DNA of 64,000 nucleotides from a virus (Duplodnaviria; Heunggongvirae; Uroviricota; Caudoviricetes): IMG/VR virus record IMGVR_UViG_2506381019_000003, positions 19,119 to 83,118 of that record; one strand, 5' to 3'. Shown piece by piece: positions 56,463 to 64,000 of this stretch (position 1 is its first letter; each line of letters starts with the position of its first letter). The notes under the pieces were generated by a model. It saw only the letters and a program-made list of their open reading frames with translations, ran no database searches and was not told where the DNA came from. The position numbers and the translations under genes were made by a program.

Positions 56463-56505
56463 GGTACTGAATCCAATTCGTGAAAAGTACTTGCAATTGA
56501 TCAGG
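56463..56505. promoter_or_regulatory. Motif copy CAATTCGTGAAAAGTACTTGCAATTG upstream of the HNH gene.
   Basis: Near-identical to the element at 37228. Confidence 0.4.
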
Positions 56506-56539
56506 CGGGGCCGGTCGCGACCAGCCCCGCCTCAGTCAG

Positions 56540-57127
56540 TCAGTCGTCCGTCCGGCACGGCCAGCACACCGCCGCGCCGTCTACTGCTCGCAGGTGAAAC
56601 CAGCCATGGAACGGGCACGGAGTCATCAGCCCCGGCCCCGGCGGGTGTTTCGTCAGGGACATCTGCGCCCGGTAGGGGCCGCCGGTGACCCGCGTCGGCG
56701 CGAGCAGCTGGCACACCAGGCACCGGCCCACTCGGAATCCTTCGGCCACGTACAGGCCTCTGCCTGGCCCCGGGCAGAGGGTCGGCGTGTCCCACATCCA
56801 CGGCTCGTACGCCAGGTCGACCGTGAGCGGGTTTTCCACCTGTCCGGCACCGATCGCCCGGCCCTCACAGGTTCCGCACGCCGGCTCCCCCGCCGGAGGC
56901 TCGTCGACCTCGAACACGCCGTAGTAGCCGATGTGCTGACCGCACCACAGCCGCCACGACGGCCCCCGACTCTCGTCCCGCACCTGGTAGCCGGAGCGGA
57001 TCCGATGCCAGCGGCCCATCCCGGGGGTCCGCACATACCGAGGGCCCTCGGTCAGCGGTATCGCGACGCGGAGGTTCGGCCAGTCGCCCCGCGCCACCGG
57101 CGGCAGCAGCTGCACCCGCGCACCCAT
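56540..57127 (-). CDS. Cys-rich hypothetical protein, about 195 aa.
   Basis: Start 'MGARVQLL'. Confidence 0.4.
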   Translation of the reverse strand: MGARVQLLPPVARGDWPNLRVAIPLTEGPRYVRTPGMGRWHRIRSGYQVRDESRGPSWRLWCGQHIGYYGVFEVDEPPAGEPACGTCEGRAIGAGQVENPLTVDLAYEPWMWDTPTLCPGPGRGLYVAEGFRVGRCLVCQLLAPTRVTGGPYRAQMSLTKHPPGPGLMTPCPFHGWFHLRAVDGAAVCWPCRTDD

Positions 57128-57559
57128 CAGGACGCCCGGTGCGCGCCGCCGGTACGACGGCGGATCACCAGAGTCGCATCCAGATCCGGAACAGCCGGCG
57201 GCAGCGCCGGCAGGGCACGCACTGGCCTCGCGACCGGCCGCGCCACCCCGTCGCACACGCACCGGGGCGCGGAAAACCGGCCCAGTGTGAACGAGGTGAG
57301 CGCGACCATCAGGCCCAGCAGAAGAAACGGCAGACCGTCCATCAGGGCTGTCATAGCCGCACCACCGGGCCCGCGACGGCGCTGGCCGGCTGGAACAGAC
57401 AGTCCAGGATCCCGACCGCGCAGATCGTCACCATCGGCACCGGGCTCGGCGGAACCGGAACGGCCACAGCAGGGGCGGGGGCCTGTGGTGGCGAGGTGGG
57501 GCCGGCCAGCGCAACCGCCCCCGCGAGGCATACTGCCCCCGCCGCCGCCCGCACCCTGA

Positions 57560-58122
57560 TCACTGGACACCGCCAGAAGAGGCCCGTTCCACGCTGATCG
57601 TGTCGGGCTTCTCCTCTTCGGTGATCAGATCCTCCCAGGGGATTCCCATATCACCGAGCCCGGTCTTCTTCAGTCGATCCATCGTCACGGCTCGCTGTGC
57701 ACGGATCAGGATCGTTTCGACCTGCCTCTCGGTGATCCTAGGCATATCGATCTCGCCGGTCTCCGGGTTACACAGCAGCGCCGGAGCGATACGAGCGAAC
57801 GCCCGGGGCACGTTGTGGACGCTGGTCTTGTTCTTCTTCCGCCGCGCGATCCACCCGCCGGGGTGGTCGTACCGGTTCCGGATCCACCCCCAGGCCGGAG
57901 CCCCGCGGCGGTCCAGCACCTTACGGAGCACGCCGAGGTCCTCTACCGCCTTCTCGACCAGTCCGGCCAGTTCGACTGTGTCGGGGAGCTTCATGTCCGC
58001 GGGCAGGCTGTCCGCCAGCTCGGCGAGCTTGGCGGCGTCCTCGACTAGATAGGCGAGGATCTTCCGTGCATCGTCAGCCGTCAGCGCCGGCTGTGTTTCA
58101 GTCGTCATCATTTCCCCCATCG
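57560..58122 (-). CDS. Hypothetical protein, about 187 aa.
   Basis: Start 'MGEMMTTETQ'. May extend further upstream. Confidence 0.35.
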
Positions 58123-58655
58123 GGTTGTTCTCTGGTTCGTTGGTGATGCACTGCGGTTCGCCGATGTAGCCGCAGCTGAAGCCGCCCCCGCACCGCCCAT
58201 CCGGGTCATGGCCGGGGAGCTGGTGCACCCGGGCGTAGTAAGGGCATCCGCCGCCGTCGTAGATCGGGCGGGGGGTGGCCCCGGCCGCCGTGGTGGCGGC
58301 CGGGGCGACAGAGGCGATCACGGTGTGGACCCGCCGAGGATCGGATTCACGGCGAGCCATTCGCCGCAGTCGCACGGCCCGATCTGCTCGGGATAGCAGA
58401 GCTGCCCCGTGGGGGCGTGGTCGGATCCCCGTTCGATCCGAACCGGGATCGGTTCCATGGAGATCTCGTAGTCCCCTGCCGGGTTGTCGTGGCAGTCCGC
58501 GCAGGACACGGATGCGCTGCTCGCGTCGATCTCCAGTTGCCACCGGTGCCCGCCGGGCCGGGCGGCGCAGGCGGCCTGCTTCTCCTCCTGCTCCTGCCAG
58601 ATGGAGCCCATCGGGTGGGCCTCGGTGTCCGCCGGCTGGCTGGCGTCGAAGAGGT

Positions 58656-59111
58656 TCATGCCGCATTTCTGCGGCGGATGCGGCGGGGCTTCACCAGGCT
58701 CCAGCGGCGGGCAGCAGAGCGCACGGTTCCCGCCTGCTGCTTCCGCCGGAGTTCGGCCCGCACCTCGTCGATGGGCCGCCCGAGCGCGGCGGCCAGTTCC
58801 CGGGCGCGGATCGGGTCCCGGGCGATGTCGAGCAGCAGATCCAGCGCCATTCCGAGCGGCATGACCGGCTTCCCGCCGCGCGTGAGCAGCGTGCAGCCCT
58901 CGGGGATGTCCACCGTCCGCATGGACCAGCCGCCGTTACTCGCGTGCTCGTGCGGCCGGGACAGCGTCCACGGCGTGTCGCCCGGGTCGACTTCCTCGTC
59001 CGGTGCGTACATGGCCTGTGTGCGCCCGTCCGGGAAGAGAATCGTGTCGTCCAGGTGGGCCGTGCGCGGATCGTAGCCGGTCAGGGCATCCACGAGATCC
59101 ACAGCGTTCAT
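58656..59111 (-). CDS. Hypothetical protein with a C-terminal basic/HTH-like region, 151 aa.
   Basis: ORF present in the ORF track. Confidence 0.4.
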   Translation of the reverse strand: MNAVDLVDALTGYDPRTAHLDDTILFPDGRTQAMYAPDEEVDPGDTPWTLSRPHEHASNGGWSMRTVDIPEGCTLLTRGGKPVMPLGMALDLLLDIARDPIRARELAAALGRPIDEVRAELRRKQQAGTVRSAARRWSLVKPRRIRRRNAA

Positions 59112-60247
59112 GCGTCGTACCCGTTACCGAACGTGTCGAGATCCGTGGCCATGGTGGTGTCCTCGTCCGCGCTATCGGGGTAGGTGGTCTCGGCCGGTGC
59201 AGGCGCCATGGGCGGGACGGTTCCGAACTGCTTCCCACGCCAATCGAGCACGTTGCCGAGCGAGATCACACGGCCCGCCGGGTCGGCCGGGTTGAGGACC
59301 CATGCACGGGTCAGACCCGCGGCATGCGCCTCCGACCAGAGGCCGCGCAACGTGGCGTATGTGGCGCTGGGGTCCAGCGCCTGCGCGAGGCAGCCAGCCA
59401 CGGATAGGGCCGGAACCCCGCCCGCCGCCCAGTCCGCGAGAGTCCGCGCCAGGTCAGGATCTGGCTCGGTCGACTCCTGTCCCAGCAGGCCGGGGCAGAC
59501 GGAGGAGGTGACAGTGGTCCGGCCGTCGCCGTCCACCTCGACGACCGTGCCGATTTCCTGGATCAGGCCGTCTCGCTGCTCTGGCCGTGTTCCGACTGGC
59601 CGGCCGATGTGCCGGCCGGACCCGTTGGGCTCCACCACCCATTCGGATTTCGTCTTGACGGTGACGATCAGGTGCCCGCCGTAGGTCAGCAGAGCGGTGG
59701 CCAGTCGACGCTCGGCGGGGCGCATCGCGGCCCAGCCGGTGTTCGGATCTCTCCGAACGGTCTTTTTGTCGACCAGTTCGAGATGGCCCCCCGGTCCGGT
59801 CCACCAGGACTCCAGACCGTCGATAACCAGGACGGGTTCTCCCTGGTCATGCATCGTGGCGATCAGTGCGGGGATCATGTCGGGGTGGAAGTCGCCCTCG
59901 ATCCTGATCAGGTCGAAGGCGAACTCGTTCGGGCCAGGTGCCGCCGGGTCGGCCTGTGCGTAGGCGCGGGCGGCGCCCTGATGGGTGTCGACCAGCACGA
60001 CCCGGCCCGCCTCGCCCGCGAGTTCCCGCGCGTAGCGGAGCGCGGCGAGCGTGCGCGGCGCCCCGTCGGGGCCGGCGATGGCGATCCGGGCCGGCTGCCG
60101 GTAGCGCACAGCCGGAGCGGCCGGGAAGGACCAGCCGGTCACCGGCCGGTACCCGCGGGATGACCGCCGTGCTCGGCGCACAGCCGGCCGCCGGCGCCGG
60201 GGGCGATGCGCGGCGCGTCCCTTCCTTCCACTGTGCAGAACAGGCAC
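59108..60247 (-). CDS. RecA/AAA-like ATPase-fold protein with degenerate P-loop motifs; possibly Sak4-like.
   Basis: 'RIAIAGPDGAPRT', a hydrophobic-D Walker-B-like 'VLVIDGLESWW' and 'GGHLIVTVKTKSEW'. Weak assignment. Confidence 0.35.
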   Translation of the reverse strand: MPVLHSGRKGRAAHRPRRRRPAVRRARRSSRGYRPVTGWSFPAAPAVRYRQPARIAIAGPDGAPRTLAALRYARELAGEAGRVVLVDTHQGAARAYAQADPAAPGPNEFAFDLIRIEGDFHPDMIPALIATMHDQGEPVLVIDGLESWWTGPGGHLELVDKKTVRRDPNTGWAAMRPAERRLATALLTYGGHLIVTVKTKSEWVVEPNGSGRHIGRPVGTRPEQRDGLIQEIGTVVEVDGDGRTTVTSSVCPGLLGQESTEPDPDLARTLADWAAGGVPALSVAGCLAQALDPSATYATLRGLWSEAHAAGLTRAWVLNPADPAGRVISLGNVLDWRGKQFGTVPPMAPAPAETTYPDSADEDTTMATDLDTFGNGYDA

Positions 60248-60620
60248 GGCACCGTGCCGGGCGGGTGGATCAGGGTGAACAGGGCGAGGACCACATTCGA
60301 CTCGGCGAACAGCTCCGCCACCTGGTAGTCGCCATCGGTCAGCGGCCCGTGGAGGTTGGCGGTCAGGTCCCCGGCAACCTCATTCGGGGTGATCTTCCTT
60401 GCGCGGATCGCTCGGTCCTGCCGAACGGCGGCGACCAGGTCGAACGCGGCGCCGATGAAGTCGGTGCCGCCGATGTCCCAACCGTCCGCAGCGTGCTCCG
60501 ACGCTGCGGGCAGCATCGCCGCGCCGTCCCAGATCACGGCCTGCAGGGCAAGCGCGTGCATCCGCGCGGCCCGTATTGCGAGCGTTCGAACGCGCTCGTC
60601 TGTACTCTCTGGAGTCATCC
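60139..60620 (-). CDS. Hypothetical protein, about 160 aa.
   Basis: Start 'MTPESTDERVRTLAIRAARMHAL'. The upstream part of the ORF is junk. Confidence 0.35.
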
Positions 60621-60941
60621 CTGTGGGCTCTCTTCGTTGAGCGGGTTCTGCATGGGGCTCGCGGTGTCCGGCTGGCTGCCATCCGGCCGGCACCGCTGTT
60701 CTTCTTCCGGGGCGTCCCAGCTGTCGCCGAGCACGGTGTTGATCCGTGCCCGCATCTCCGGCGAGACCGCGCATGTGCCGATCTCCATCCGAGCCAGATG
60801 GGGCTGTGAGATCCCCGCCTCGACTGCGAACGGGCGCTGGTGTAGCCAGCCGGCCTGTTCGCGTGCGGCGCGTAGCTGTGCTCCGGCCTGGCGTCGGGCC
60901 GCATCCCCCGGTTTGCCACCGTCGGTGGCTCTGCGACTCAC
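60615..60941 (-). CDS. Cro-like XRE-family HTH regulator; first gene of the leftward early operon.
   Basis: 'LRAAREQAGWLHQRPFAVEAGISQPHLARMEIG'. GTG start. Divergent from the cI-like gene. Confidence 0.55.
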   Translation of the reverse strand: MSRRATDGGKPGDAARRQAGAQLRAAREQAGWLHQRPFAVEAGISQPHLARMEIGTCAVSPEMRARINTVLGDSWDAPEEEQRCRPDGSQPDTASPMQNPLNEESPQG

Positions 60942-61062
60942 GAGACGTACGATACATGAATCGTAAAAAGTACTTACTCTGACCAGGCCAAACGCTCCGA
61001 CAACGCATCGCGGGTTGGCACACCGTAGAGACTGCGATACATGAATCGCGTAGCATGCCCGC
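60942..61062. promoter_or_regulatory. Genetic-switch intergenic region with a direct repeat GATACATGAATCG (two copies 88 bp apart) and the motif TGAATCGTAAAAAGTACTTAC.
   Basis: 121-bp gap between divergent HTH genes. The repeats are visible in the sequence. Confidence 0.55.
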
Positions 61063-61494
61063 ATGAGCTTCCGAGCCCTGCTGCGCGAGCAGGTCGACAA
61101 GCACGGCGGGGCCCGGTTCCGTACTCAGCGCGAACTCGCCGAGTACTTGGACGTGCCGGAGGCCTTGCTCTCCAACTGGGTCAGCGGCAAGGCCAAGCAG
61201 CCCCGCGGTGGCCTCACCGAGGCCGTCGCCATAGCCAAACGGCTCGGCTACAGCGAGGAAGACGCACTCAAAAAGATCTATCTGGAGGAGCCGGACGAGA
61301 CCCCCGCTCGCTCCCGCAAGGCCCCCACTCCACAGGAGATCTTGCGGGATCACTACCGGGTCCCGCCCGAACTGATCGACCGATTTGATGATCTAGATCT
61401 AGATAGTCCGGACGTGATGGACGCGGCTTGGCGGGCCGCTCTCGGGGCGCTGGAGGCTATCGCGAAGCGGCCTGACAGGCAGGATGGGCCATAA
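61063..61494 (+). CDS. cI-like immunity repressor candidate (N-terminal XRE HTH).
   Basis: 'RTQRELAEYLDVPEALLSNWVSGKAKQP'. On the same strand as xis and int. Confidence 0.55.
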   Translation: MSFRALLREQVDKHGGARFRTQRELAEYLDVPEALLSNWVSGKAKQPRGGLTEAVAIAKRLGYSEEDALKKIYLEEPDETPARSRKAPTPQEILRDHYRVPPELIDRFDDLDLDSPDVMDAAWRAALGALEAIAKRPDRQDGP

Positions 61495-61636
61495 GTCTCG
61501 ACTACGCTCTGTTAGTTGACGTCCTACGTCAGCACGCCAGGAATCACGTTCCGTACCTAATTGACAACGGGCAAACACGGCTGTATCCGCAGGTGACAAC
61601 CCGATTGCGTTAGTCCGTCAGTAGGCATAGACACAT

Positions 61637-61667
61637 CCCCCTACGCGCACGGTGCGCGTCGAGGGGG
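61637..61667 (+). terminator. GC hairpin (CCCCT-ACGCGCAC-G-GTGCGCGT-CGA-GGGG) downstream of the repressor candidate.
   Basis: Inverted repeat visible in the sequence. Confidence 0.35.
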
Positions 61668-61699
61668 GTACACACGTGCACACAGTCACCACCGCCCCT

Positions 61700-62044
61700 A
61701 TGGGCGGGATAGTCATGCTGCCCGTAGGAACGGTCTGGGTCCTGGTCCTCTCCGCAACGAGGACCAGCATTGCAGCGCTCGACGCCACCGCCCAGAAGAT
61801 CGCGGAAGGCTACTGGGCCTGGGACGACATCACCATCCATCCCGGCCCGCCCTGTCCCGCGGGTGAAGTCGAGCTCCACCGCCGGATCACCGAGGCCGTC
61901 CCGGACCTGACCGACGCCGAGTGGTCACGGTTCACCAGACGGTCCCTCCGCGGCCTGCGGGTCGACGTCGACCCCCGAAGCGACGTCGGCCCAGACGCCA
62001 CGGAGACGACACCTGGCCTCACCCCGGCATCCAGCAGAACCTGA
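61700..62044 (+). CDS. Hypothetical protein, about 115 aa.
   Basis: ORF 61652-62044. The internal start 'MGGIVMLPVG' avoids the hairpin. Confidence 0.3.
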   Translation: MGGIVMLPVGTVWVLVLSATRTSIAALDATAQKIAEGYWAWDDITIHPGPPCPAGEVELHRRITEAVPDLTDAEWSRFTRRSLRGLRVDVDPRSDVGPDATETTPGLTPASSRT

Positions 62045-62060
62045 GCTCCAGCACCACAAA

Positions 62061-62095
62061 GCGCCCCGCGGACAGCACCCGCGGGGCGCTCGCCG
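62061..62095 (+). terminator. Rho-independent-type terminator (GCGCCCCGCGG / CCGCGGGGCGC, then a T-containing tract).
   Basis: 11-bp perfect stem followed by 'TCGCCGTTTCACAAATTTC'. Confidence 0.6.
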
Positions 62096-62237
62096 TTTCA
62101 CAAATTTCTAGTAAGTACTTTGCGCTACTCGCACATTGTGATACCCCTATGCCCAGGGTCCAACTGGACCCAGGTGGACACGTCCGGGCCGACCTAGACC
62201 AGCCCGGACAGTAGATCAAGCAGGCGAGGGGCGCGAC

Positions 62238-62507
62238 GTGACAGACGTGACGGAGTGGACACGTGGGGCGATAGAAGCCCTCGGCCCGACCACCGATGTA
62301 CCGACCACCGCCCAGATCCTCGATCTGGGCGCATGGACGGTCTACGACATGATCAAGCGCCAGACTTGGACGAACACGCGGGTGCTGCGATACGGCCGCC
62401 GCATCAAGATCCCTACTAGCGATCTGGTGTCACTGCTCTACCCGTCCACCCAGGGTGGGAGCGAGCCGGCAGCGGCGGGCGGGCGCCTTGCTGCGGTACA
62501 CGCGTGA
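62238..62507 (+). CDS. xis: Excisionase / HTH DNA-binding protein.
   Basis: 'AQILDLGAWTVYDMIKRQTWTNTRVLRYGRRIKI'. Immediately upstream of int. Confidence 0.6.
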   Translation: MTDVTEWTRGAIEALGPTTDVPTTAQILDLGAWTVYDMIKRQTWTNTRVLRYGRRIKIPTSDLVSLLYPSTQGGSEPAAAGGRLAAVHA

Positions 62508-64000
62508 AGCCGTACAAGAAGTGCTCGTGCCGTTACCCCGGCACGCGGCGGCTCATGGGTAAGGCCTGCCCCGACTTGGAGAAAAGGGGGCACGGGAAGT
62601 GGTACGGCCGGTACGACGCACCCGCCGCGCCCGGGGAGAAGCGCAGACAGCCCGAGATCGGGCCGTACAACACATCCACGGAGTGCAAGGAAGCTCTCGC
62701 GAAGGCCGTCATCAACCGCGGCGGAGCCGCAGGCCGCACCACCGACCCGAAGATCAAGGTGGCGGCCTTCTTCGCCGAGCGGTACGAGGCCCGGCGCGAG
62801 GAGTCCGAGCGTGGTGAGGGGCTGAAGCCCAAGACGCTCGCCTCCGAGAAAGAGATCATTGACCTATACGTCGCGCCGGGCCTCGGTCACTTGGCCATGG
62901 CCAGGGTCACCACAGACGACATCCGGGGCCTGTATGCCGCCATGCGGCTGATCAACGTTGAGGGCGCCGAGCCAGGCGAGCACGCCGAGCTGTTGCGCCG
63001 GCTCCTGAAAGCTCGAGCGACCCGCGACGGCGGCCGACGGTGGCAGACCCAGCCGATATCCGAGGCTCGGATCCGCCGAGTCCACGCCGTGTTAACCGGC
63101 GGCTTCAACGACGCCGTCCACGCCTGGAAGGTCATCGAGGTGAGCCCCGCCGAGGGGGTCTGGCGCACCAAGGGCGGCACCCGGCGGAAGCGTCGTGTCC
63201 GCCCGCTGTTGTGGACCGACGAGCGGGTCGAACGCTGGCAGGAGACCGGACAGATCCCCTCCCCCGTCATGGTCTGGACCCCCGCGCAGGCCGGAAACTT
63301 CCTCGACTTCCTCGAAGCGATCGAGGAGCGGCTGTACGCCCTATACCACCTAGATTCGTACTGGGGGCTGCGCCGCGGCGAACTCGTCGGCCTGGAGCGG
63401 TCCGAGGTTTCCATCCCCCGCCGGCGACTTCACATCCGCGCGTCGCAGACCGACGACGAACTCGACGACACCAAGAGTGAGGCCGGCGACCGGCAGATCG
63501 TCGTCGACGCGACCACGGCCGCGGTACTGAAGTCCGCGGCCGTGCAACAGGCCGCCGAGCGACTCCACTGGGGCGAGGCCTACCAGGACAGCGGACGCTT
63601 CTTCACCCAGCAGAACGGGCAGGCGCTTCGCCCGGAATATCTGACCGAGCGATTCGCCCTGCTGCTGGACATGTACGCGACGATGCGCGCACGGCTCGAC
63701 GACGGATGGACGGTCGAACGGGTCGCCCGGCGGCATCGGCGTCCGGTGGCGGCGGTCCAGATCGTCGCGGCGATGCCGCTCCCCCCGATCCGCTTCCACG
63801 ACCTCCGGCACGGCGCCGCCACGATGCTGCTGGCGACCGGAGCCGACATGAAGCTCGTGGCGGACGTCCTCGGGCACGCCTCCGCCAACTTCACGCGAGA
63901 CGTGTACGCGGTCGTGGCGGAGGAGCTGGCGGAGGCCGCGGCGGCAGCGATCGAGGCGTTCGTTCCCCGGCGGAACCGGCGGCGGGCGGGGTCTGGATGA
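62504..64000 (+). CDS. int: Tyrosine integrase / site-specific recombinase.
   Basis: C-terminal catalytic region '...IRFHDLRHGAATMLLATGADMKLVADVLGHASANFTRDVYAVV' with the R...H..R...Y tetrad. Ends at the window edge. Confidence 0.85.
   Translation: MKPYKKCSCRYPGTRRLMGKACPDLEKRGHGKWYGRYDAPAAPGEKRRQPEIGPYNTSTECKEALAKAVINRGGAAGRTTDPKIKVAAFFAERYEARREESERGEGLKPKTLASEKEIIDLYVAPGLGHLAMARVTTDDIRGLYAAMRLINVEGAEPGEHAELLRRLLKARATRDGGRRWQTQPISEARIRRVHAVLTGGFNDAVHAWKVIEVSPAEGVWRTKGGTRRKRRVRPLLWTDERVERWQETGQIPSPVMVWTPAQAGNFLDFLEAIEERLYALYHLDSYWGLRRGELVGLERSEVSIPRRRLHIRASQTDDELDDTKSEAGDRQIVVDATTAAVLKSAAVQQAAERLHWGEAYQDSGRFFTQQNGQALRPEYLTERFALLLDMYATMRARLDDGWTVERVARRHRRPVAAVQIVAAMPLPPIRFHDLRHGAATMLLATGADMKLVADVLGHASANFTRDVYAVVAEELAEAAAAAIEAFVPRRNRRRAGSG

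Noticed and set aside
57127-57563. Two short ORFs with signal-peptide/TM-like segments.
   Set aside because: They are short and low-complexity. They could be real small membrane proteins, but the support is insufficient.
1-64000. Search for tRNA, rRNA and CRISPR arrays.
   Set aside because: I recognised no tRNA T-loop/acceptor pattern, rRNA-like stretch or spacer-repeat array by eye. A tRNAscan/Infernal run would be needed for certainty.

Overview
This window is a high-GC (about 70%) actinobacterial temperate phage or prophage of Streptomyces/actinophage type, gene-dense throughout. Coordinates come from the ORF track; where I re-read bases by hand they may be off by 1-3 nt, and many CDS starts are GTG or TTG. 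Layout from left to right: (1) 88-21272, minus strand: late/structural operon. It contains the small and large terminase subunits, portal, a MuF-like minor head protein, scaffold, major capsid, a tail-fibre-like protein and a 768-aa tail-associated protein; further tail and lysis genes presumably lie left of the window. Unusual insertions in this operon are two HExxH zincin-like proteins, a 1176-aa protein built of Rho_N/HeH-like repeats, and a small protein carrying a 33-bp tandem repeat. (2) 21297-29266, minus strand: accessory genes, including a Ro60/TROVE-vWA (Rsr) gene flanked by a strong terminator and a 290-bp structured non-coding region that is a candidate Y RNA locus. (3) 29405-32518, plus strand: an island of ten small early-type ORFs. 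It is bounded on the left by a roughly 30-bp inverted repeat and on the right by a bidirectional terminator. (4) 32663-60941, minus strand: a long early operon. It carries an FtsK/SpoIIIE (TraB-like) translocase with membrane/HTH partners, Lsr2, an SPFH protein and lipoprotein, an RNA-repair pair (RNA ligase and polynucleotide kinase-phosphatase), several HTH regulators, a replication initiator with five 22-bp iterons inside the gene, an HNH endonuclease and an AAA-like ATPase. (5) 60615-64000: a divergent cro-like / cI-like switch with repeated operator motifs, then an excisionase and a tyrosine integrase ending at the window edge. A 17-bp motif (ATTCGTG-N4-GTACT) recurs at least ten times in intergenic regions. 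I recognised no rRNA, tRNA or CRISPR array.
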